A stretch of 13,358 bases of DNA from Chloroflexota bacterium. Lineage in GTDB: Bacteria > Chloroflexota > Dehalococcoidia > Lucifugimonadales > UBA3495. A program made the position numbers and the translations under genes. This document shows, in pieces, positions 7,347 to 13,358 of the stretch (position 1 is the first letter of the stretch; each line of letters opens with the position of its first letter). The stretch covers positions 1 to 13,358 of the forward strand of contig JAQBVF010000042.1 in the NCBI GenBank assembly GCA_027623675.1, in the 5' to 3' direction. The notes beneath the pieces are model-generated. The model searched no databases. It was not told the DNA's origin and saw only the letters and a list, made by a program, of their open reading frames with translations.

Positions 7347-8639
7347 ATGGCGGCATCCCGAGCCAATCGGCCATGGATCGAGCGGGTTAAGGGCCTGCTG
7401 GAGCACCGGGACTTCCGGCACATGTGGATCGCTGGCGGGCTGGACAACACCGGCAGGTGGATGGACTCGGTGGTCATGGGTCTGCTGGTGCTGGACCTGA
7501 CCGACTCGGCCTTCCAGGTGGCTTTGCTGTTCGTTTGCCGCTGGATCCCCATGCTGGCCTTTGCCCTGCTCTCAGGCATGGTCGCCGACCGGGCCAACCG
7601 CTGGACCGTCTTGATGATAGCCCGGACGGTAGCCCTGGCCGCGACCGCCATCATTTTCATGCTGGTGCTGACCGGCACCGTCGAACCGTGGCACGTCTTT
7701 ATCGCTTCCTTCTTCTTGGGTTGGCTCTTCGTGCTGGAGTTCCCATCCCGCCGTTCGCTGATCTATGACCTGGTCGGCAGCGACCGCATCGTCAGCGCCA
7801 TGTCATTGGAAACGATCAACATGACGCTGGGCAAGTTCGCCGGGCCGTTCATGGCCGGACTGTTGATCGAGTTCACCGGTTTCTCGGGGACGTACGTTTT
7901 CCTGCTGGCGGTCTATGCCGCCGCTTTCTTGCTGATCGTGAAGGTCAAGACCAGAGGGCCCGCGCGGGCTTCCACCCCATTCCCCTTCTGGCGCACGGTG
8001 TCCCGGGGATTCAGATATTCGATTAACCACAGCGTGATCCGCGGCGTCCTGATCGTCACATTGATCATGAACGCCATGGCCTTCAGCGTGGAATCCCTGT
8101 TTCCCGTCGTCGCCAGGGACCATCTTGGGGTGGGTGCCGGGTTGACCGGCATCCTCATCTCAGCGCAGGCCATCGGGTCGTTGGCCGCGGCTTCCGTGAT
8201 CGCCTCACTGGCGGCGGTCCGCTACCACGGCCGCATCTTCTGTTTGGGCCTGGCCCTGCAGATGCTAAGTCTGTTGGTGTTCGCCCTGTCGCCCTGGTAC
8301 CCGTTGTCGTTCCTGATGCTGATGCTGGCCGGACTGGGCGCGGCCGGATACAGCACCATGCAGAGCACGATGATCATGATCTCGGCCGAGCCGGAGATGC
8401 GGGGCACGGCGCTGGGCATGCTGGGGCAGTGCATCGGCGTGGCTGCATTGGGCGGTCTGGCCGTGGGCGTGGCCGCCAACTACTTCAGCGCCCAAGCAGC
8501 CGTTGCGATGAGCGTGTCGCTGGGGTTGATACTGCTGATACCGGTTGTGGCCTTCTCGCCTCTGATACGGCGTCCCACCGCGCCGGCGGCGTCCATATCA
8601 AACGAGTCCGGCGACGCTTCCCAACCGGAGTCCGCCTAG
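7347..8639 (+). CDS. MFS transporter (EntS/H+-antiporter-like)
   Basis: About 12 hydrophobic segments; HRDFRHMW N-terminus, GMVADRANR (motif A), PSRRSLIYDLVG and PEMRGTALG. Confidence 0.92.
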   Translation: MAASRANRPWIERVKGLLEHRDFRHMWIAGGLDNTGRWMDSVVMGLLVLDLTDSAFQVALLFVCRWIPMLAFALLSGMVADRANRWTVLMIARTVALAATAIIFMLVLTGTVEPWHVFIASFFLGWLFVLEFPSRRSLIYDLVGSDRIVSAMSLETINMTLGKFAGPFMAGLLIEFTGFSGTYVFLLAVYAAAFLLIVKVKTRGPARASTPFPFWRTVSRGFRYSINHSVIRGVLIVTLIMNAMAFSVESLFPVVARDHLGVGAGLTGILISAQAIGSLAAASVIASLAAVRYHGRIFCLGLALQMLSLLVFALSPWYPLSFLMLMLAGLGAAGYSTMQSTMIMISAEPEMRGTALGMLGQCIGVAALGGLAVGVAANYFSAQAAVAMSVSLGLILLIPVVAFSPLIRRPTAPAASISNESGDASQPESA

Positions 8640-9877
8640 AGGACTCCGGCGGCCGTCAGCTCGGCCACCTCCTCGGGCGTCATCCCGCCCAGGGAACAGA
8701 GGACATCCAGGTTGTGCTCGCCCAATAGCGGCGGGGTCCCCTCGGGTGAATCGACACAGCCGGTGAGGCGGGTCGGCGTTTTCACTCCCCTAAAGATGCC
8801 GCCAATGGCATCGCCGGTGTCCACGAACATCTGGCGGGCTGCCAATTGCGGGCACTCTTCCAGGTCGGCCATGGTCTGGGTTACGCCCATGGAGAAACCG
8901 ATCTCGGTTAAGGTCGCCGCCACTTGGAATTTTGGTATCTGCGACGACCAGCCCTCGATGGCCGGGATGATGTGGTCATGGTAGAAATCGCCGTCCATGC
9001 CGGGCCCGGCCAGGAACCGTGCATCGCCTTTCAGCAGGTCCTCGCGGCCGACCGTCTTCCAAAGCTGGCGCATACGTTCTTCGGTGCGCACACCGGCCAG
9101 GACCACATAACCGTCTTTGGCCTTGAAGGTTATGCCGGCGGTGGCCAGGCGGTCCCTAGAGCGGCCCGGGTTGCTGCCGGTAGCTTGAAAGAAGTTCATG
9201 TTGCTCTCGATGTGGGAGACCATGCACTCGTACATCGCCATGTCCACATACTGGCCCTTCCCCGTTTTGCGCCTGGTCTCCAGGGCCAGCACGATGCCCA
9301 GCGCCGTCCAGACGCCGGGGATGGAGTCTCCGATATTGTCGCCCACTGCCTGGGGAGGGCCGTCGGGGTCGCCGGTGATCTCCATCCACCCCGACATGGC
9401 CTGGATGGCCAGGTTGTTGGCGGGCCGGTTGGAGTACGGGCCGCTGAGACCTTCGCTGTCGCCGTAGCCGGTGATGCTGGCGTAGACCAGACCGGGGTTT
9501 ATCTCGCTGAGCCGGTCATATCCCAGACCCAGACGGCCAAAGGCGCCCGAACCCCAATTGTCCACCAAAACGTCGGACTTTCGGACCAGTTCCTCGAAGG
9601 CTTCCTTGCACCGGGGGTTCCGAAGGTCGATGGATACACTCCGCTTGTTGCGGTTCACGCCCAGGAACCGCGAGCTGATCTCCCGGCCGTCCTCCGACCT
9701 GACGAACGGCGGTCTATTCCTCGCCTGGTCTCCGGTGCCGGGGCGCTCTATCTTGATAACATCCGCCCCCATGTCGGCCAGGATCATGGAACAAAAAGGG
9801 CCCGCCACTATATGGGTGGCGTCCAAAACTCTGATATCCTCCAAGGGCAGGGGTAATTTCTCACCGGCTTGGGCCAT
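8636..9877 (-). CDS. Family III CoA-transferase (CaiB/BaiF/Frc-like)
   Basis: Motifs PLEDIRVLD, AGPFCSMILADMGADVIKIERPGTGD, NRNKRSVSIDL, NPGLVYASITGYG, IGDSIPG (catalytic Asp position) and PPLLGEHN. GAGG SD precedes GTG 9883 / ATG 9877. Confidence 0.93.
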   Translation of the reverse strand: MAQAGEKLPLPLEDIRVLDATHIVAGPFCSMILADMGADVIKIERPGTGDQARNRPPFVRSEDGREISSRFLGVNRNKRSVSIDLRNPRCKEAFEELVRKSDVLVDNWGSGAFGRLGLGYDRLSEINPGLVYASITGYGDSEGLSGPYSNRPANNLAIQAMSGWMEITGDPDGPPQAVGDNIGDSIPGVWTALGIVLALETRRKTGKGQYVDMAMYECMVSHIESNMNFFQATGSNPGRSRDRLATAGITFKAKDGYVVLAGVRTEERMRQLWKTVGREDLLKGDARFLAGPGMDGDFYHDHIIPAIEGWSSQIPKFQVAATLTEIGFSMGVTQTMADLEECPQLAARQMFVDTGDAIGGIFRGVKTPTRLTGCVDSPEGTPPLLGEHNLDVLCSLGGMTPEEVAELTAAGVL

Positions 9878-10011
9878 CAACACACCTCGTGCGTCCCGCG
9901 CTTGGCGCCAAAGAAAGGGCGCAGGTTGCGGGAATTTTCATATCCGCAAGCAGTTTACACCGTAACCCGCGGTTGTACCGTCTTAAATAGTTTTAAACAT
10001 GGGAGTTCGAT

Positions 10012-10491
10012 TTGAAGGCCAAAGGGGTATCACACATAGCGATTTGCGTGGCCGACCTGGAGAAGTCACTGGAGTTTTACCGCGACAGATTGGGTATGGC
10101 GGTCCGGATGCACACCACCCAGGAGATGGCCGCCAGGCCCGGCGCGGAGTCGGCGGAGATGTACCAACGCCCACGGAAAGCCCGGACGGTGGCCAATCTC
10201 TGGTTTGACGGCCCCGACACGCCCCAACCGTTCTTGGTTTTGACGTCGCATCCCGGCGACCGGGTGGAAGGCGAACCCATTAAGCTGGACCAGAAGGGCA
10301 TCAGCCACATCTCGTTCGAGGTGGAGGACGTGAATGCCTACGCCGCGGAATTGACCGGCAAGGGTGTGCCCCTGGCTGGTTCCATGGATGACTTCACCGA
10401 CGCGTCGGGCAACGTTCGGACCATCTTCGTCTACGACCCCGACGGGATATTGGTCCAGTTCGATGAAGGCCCGCCCAGGGACGCTTTTTAG
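10012..10491 (+). CDS. VOC family (glyoxalase/bleomycin resistance/dioxygenase) protein
   Basis: [34 protein letters not shown] and [20 protein letters not shown] before the TTG start. Confidence 0.88.
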   Translation: MKAKGVSHIAICVADLEKSLEFYRDRLGMAVRMHTTQEMAARPGAESAEMYQRPRKARTVANLWFDGPDTPQPFLVLTSHPGDRVEGEPIKLDQKGISHISFEVEDVNAYAAELTGKGVPLAGSMDDFTDASGNVRTIFVYDPDGILVQFDEGPPRDAF

Positions 10492-10493
10492 AG

Positions 10494-11588
10494 ATGGCGG
10501 GCAACAATCTGGACGCCATGGCGCTGCCGGAACAATCTAGGGTCAGCTTGGGCCGGCTGTCGTTGCTCGACCGGTTCCTCACCGTGTGGATATTTTTGGC
10601 GATGGCCATCGGGGTCGCCAGCGGCAATTTCTGGCCCGAGATATCGGGGTTCACCGAATCGCTCTCCGTGGGATCAACGTCCATCCCGATCGCCGTTGGC
10701 CTGATACTCATGATGTACCCGCCCCTGGCCAAGGTGCGTTACGAAGAGTTGGGAGAGGTTTTCCGCAACTACCGCATCCTGAGCATCTCTCTGGTGCAAA
10801 ACTGGCTGATCGGCCCGGCGCTGATGTTCCTGTTGGCGATCTTATTCCTGCGGGACTATCCCGAGTTCATGGTGGGTGTGATCCTCATCGGCACGGCCCG
10901 GTGCATCGCCATGGTGATCGTCTGGAACGAACTGGCCAAGGGCGACACGCAATACGCGGCCGGGTTGGTCGCCCTGAATTCCATCTTCCAGATACTGTTT
11001 TACTCCGTGTACGCTTATTTCTTCATCACCGTTCTGCCTCCGTATTTCGGACTGGATGGCATCGCGGTGGACATATCCATCGGACAGATAGCCAGGAGCG
11101 TGGGAATCTACCTGGGAATACCGTTCTTCGCGGGGATGGTCTCTAGGTACCTGCTGCTGCGGTACAAGGGCCGGCTCTGGTACGAAGAGAAGTTCATCCC
11201 GAGAATCAGCCCCATCACCCTGGTGGCATTGTTATTCACGATACTGGTGATGTTCTCGCTGAAAGGCGGCGTCATAGTGGATATCCCTCTGGACGTGGTG
11301 CGGATTGCCATCCCGTTATCCATATATTTCGTGATCATGTTCCTGGTCTCGTTCTACATGGGGAAGCGGGTCGGCGCCGATTACTCCAAGACGGCCACCG
11401 TGGCTTTCACCGCCTCCGGCAACAATTTTGAGCTGGCTATCGCCGTGGCCATCGGCGTTTTTGGCATCGGCTCCGGGCAAGCGCTGGCCGCCGTGGTGGG
11501 TCCGCTGGTCGAGGTGCCGGTCCTGATCGGCCTGGTCAACGTTGCCCTATTTTTCCAACGCCGTTACTTCCGCGCCGATACGGAGTAA
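10494..11588 (+). CDS. acr3: ACR3 family arsenite efflux transporter (often annotated arsB)
   Basis: Signature motifs [45 protein letters not shown] (conserved Cys), [11 protein letters not shown] and GPLVEVPVL. Starts 2 nt after the VOC stop. Confidence 0.96.
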   Translation: MAGNNLDAMALPEQSRVSLGRLSLLDRFLTVWIFLAMAIGVASGNFWPEISGFTESLSVGSTSIPIAVGLILMMYPPLAKVRYEELGEVFRNYRILSISLVQNWLIGPALMFLLAILFLRDYPEFMVGVILIGTARCIAMVIVWNELAKGDTQYAAGLVALNSIFQILFYSVYAYFFITVLPPYFGLDGIAVDISIGQIARSVGIYLGIPFFAGMVSRYLLLRYKGRLWYEEKFIPRISPITLVALLFTILVMFSLKGGVIVDIPLDVVRIAIPLSIYFVIMFLVSFYMGKRVGADYSKTATVAFTASGNNFELAIAVAIGVFGIGSGQALAAVVGPLVEVPVLIGLVNVALFFQRRYFRADTE

Positions 11589-11667
11589 GACCCCATAACC
11601 GGCCCGGCCGACTCGGGTTTGCGTGGACCGAGGCGCAAACTATCGACCACCGAGGACTTGGACAAAT

Positions 11668-11907
11668 ATGTTAACGATATTCGGCGTCATCGCCGTAACC
11701 ATCATGTTTCTCTCATATTGGACCGAAGAGCGCTCCAAGTGGCTGGTGCTGGTTTTTGCCGTGGGTTCGGCGATGACCGCTCTATACAGCGGACTCGAGG
11801 CGGTCTACCCCATCACGGTGATCGAGGCTATGTGGGCCCTGGTCGCTGTGCAGCGCTTCGTGCAACGGCACCAGAAAGAATCGCGAGAAGAAAACCTCAA
11901 AACATGA
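11668..11907 (+). CDS. Small 3-TM membrane protein (79 aa), function unknown
   Basis: MLTIFGVIAVTIMFLSYWTEERSKWLVLVFAVGSAMTALYSGLEAVYPITVIEAMWALVAVQRF...: three hydrophobic helices and a charged tail. ATG 11668 is preferred over GTG 11623 because the extension is non-hydrophobic. Confidence 0.8.
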   Translation: MLTIFGVIAVTIMFLSYWTEERSKWLVLVFAVGSAMTALYSGLEAVYPITVIEAMWALVAVQRFVQRHQKESREENLKT

Positions 11908-11943
11908 ACCATCCCGGAGTTTGCCGGGGGATGCCGCGGACGT

Positions 11944-12070
11944 TGTCATTCCGAGCGAAGAGAGGAATCTCGTTGCTGATGGGAGACCAAATGCCGGTCT
12001 GGCGGAACGATAGCGGCCTTGAAGTCAAGCAAAGGGATTCTGATCCTTCTGCGGAAGAATCAGAATGACG
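11944..12070. repeat. Inverted dimer of CGTC-type REP-like palindromic repeats
   Basis: Left unit TGTCATTCCGAGCGAAGAGAGGAATCTC (11944-11971). Right unit on the minus strand CGTCATTCTGATTCTTCCGCAGAAGGATCAGAATCCC (12070-12034). Both fit YGTCATTCYGA...GAATCYC and each forms a hairpin. Confidence 0.7.
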
Positions 12071-12219
12071 GATAGCGAGTGTGGCTCCCCTGCACGACCG
12101 TGATTTCGACTTACGCCGAAAGACGGCATCTGCCCGGCAGCGTGCTGCCAATGATGAACCTCTGGGATGACCTATGTTCCCGTAACGACTAGGTAAGCGC
12201 CCATCGTGATTGGTTGTGC

Positions 12220-12822
12220 CTAGACTGGCTCCCTGACGGTAAAGGTCACTTCCCGGCCCGCGATCACGCACTGACAACGAGTGGATTCTTCCATCACTTC
12301 GCCATTGCCCATCTGGAACAGCCGGCTCAGTGCGGTTGCGCCAGGGCGGCACAATGGGCGAGACAGCTTGCCGTCCGGTCCGATGCTCCAAGTGTTGCCC
12401 GGCATCATGCCCAGGGGGCACGGGCCGACGACTTTGGTGATTGTTGCGCTCACGGGGGTCTTGGGCGCATCGGTCAGGGCTTCAACCATCACCACGTTTT
12501 CCGATTCCAGTGCGGCGAAAAGGTCTATTGATTCACACATCGCGGCCTCCCTGTCGTGTTTATCCCCTGGTTTATCCATGATGACCACCCTGGTTGTGGA
12601 CCGGATTGGCTCTTCGGTTGCCTCTGCGAGCGGCGCCTGACGGGTTACCACGGTGCCAGCGAACAAGATGGCGGTGGCGAATGCGGCCACGAACACGGCC
12701 AGCATAACCGGCGTGGACAGGATAACCACAGCCACGGCCGCCACTAGCAAGATCGCAGGCGCCGCCAGCATCATCCCCAGTCCGTTCAAAATCTTGTTGG
12801 CGTTGGTATCTGTTCTTGTCAT
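12220..12822 (-). CDS. Membrane-anchored protein with a C-terminal Cys-motif (TIGR04076-like) domain
   Basis: GGAGG SD 6 nt before ATG 12822; about 45-aa hydrophobic N-terminal hairpin; C-terminus VSATITKVVGPCPLGMMPGNTWSI...PLCRPGATAL...RCQC...VTFTV. Confidence 0.7.
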   Translation of the reverse strand: MTRTDTNANKILNGLGMMLAAPAILLVAAVAVVILSTPVMLAVFVAAFATAILFAGTVVTRQAPLAEATEEPIRSTTRVVIMDKPGDKHDREAAMCESIDLFAALESENVVMVEALTDAPKTPVSATITKVVGPCPLGMMPGNTWSIGPDGKLSRPLCRPGATALSRLFQMGNGEVMEESTRCQCVIAGREVTFTVREPV

Positions 12823-13138
12823 CACAGGCCTCCATCATAGATGCGCCTTCGCCTGGCGGCGCCGTCTGGTTCTGGTGTCAAAACCGTCTTCCAGCAGTCG
12901 ATCGCCTGGCTTCGATTTAGCCCTCCGAACCGCAGGTATATCTTCTCCAAATCAAATGCCGTGTCCTAGGGCCGACTAGACCTTATTAACCAGCCGATTG
13001 GCCGTGTCGGTTATGGAGCCTGTTTCTCTTTACCCACATGAATCTGAAAATATAACGCTAAGCATTAGGCGATCTAAGTAATCAATATCCCGTAAACCCA
13101 TTATTTCTCCATAAACCAACTGATACCGGCATATCATC

Positions 13139-13167
13139 TTGACAAATAAATCGTATTTGTTTATTGT
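13139..13167 (+). promoter_or_regulatory. sigma70-type promoter firing out of the window, overlapped by a palindrome
   Basis: TTGACA (13139-13144), 17-nt spacer, TATTGT (13162-13167); ACAAATA-aatcg-TATTTGT inverted repeat at 13142-13160. Confidence 0.55.
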
Positions 13168-13358
13168 CCTGCGTATTCTCGACGAGCCTGAGGAATTCGC
13201 CGAGTTGCGAAAACTATCCAAGGCCCATGAACACCCCAATGAATATTAAGGGCGAACCTGTAAACAGGGCCTAGGGACACCATCAAAGAGCTAATATCAG
13301 AAGTTGTGGAAATTGAGTGACGCCGACTGAAAAGAAGGCGTACCCTTCCAGCAAGAAC

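Noticed and set aside
10012..10491. Calling the VOC gene arsI or cadI
   Set aside because: It has no vicinal Cys-Cys pair or CCY motif.
12876..12881. Minus-strand TTGACA upstream of the Cys-motif gene
   Set aside because: No -10-like hexamer at 16-18 nt spacing.
13030..13239. 69-aa minus-strand ORF in the AT-rich region
   Set aside because: Atypical composition, no SD, and it overlaps a good + strand promoter.
13248..13290. c-di-GMP-I riboswitch-like start (GGGCGAACC...GG)
   Set aside because: It lacks the GNRA-capped P2 and the following GACGCAAAG/P3 elements.

Overview
GC-rich bacterial chromosomal window with 11 credible CDS and no rRNA, tRNA, CRISPR array or transposase. In order: an 11-residue-repeat coiled-coil protein (+) and a 7-TPR protein (-) converging on a bidirectional terminator; a DUF4349 membrane protein (+) behind a near-consensus ECF-sigma promoter; an LLM-class oxidoreductase (+); a stand-alone xanthine-dehydrogenase-family molybdopterin subunit (+); an MFS transporter (+); a family III CoA-transferase (-); a VOC protein, an Acr3 arsenite exporter and a small 3-TM protein (all +); a CGTC-type REP-like dimer; a membrane-anchored Cys-motif (TIGR04076-like) protein (-); and an AT-richer divergent control region. 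The gene repertoire suggests SAR202/Dehalococcoidia-type Chloroflexota (inference only). The best candidate for an undescribed system is the non-canonical arsenic module (VOC-acr3-small membrane protein, with no arsR/arsC in the window). Next are the G-U-rich structured leader upstream of the LLM gene and the hendecad filament-like protein. All family calls come from motif recognition by eye; no database search was run.
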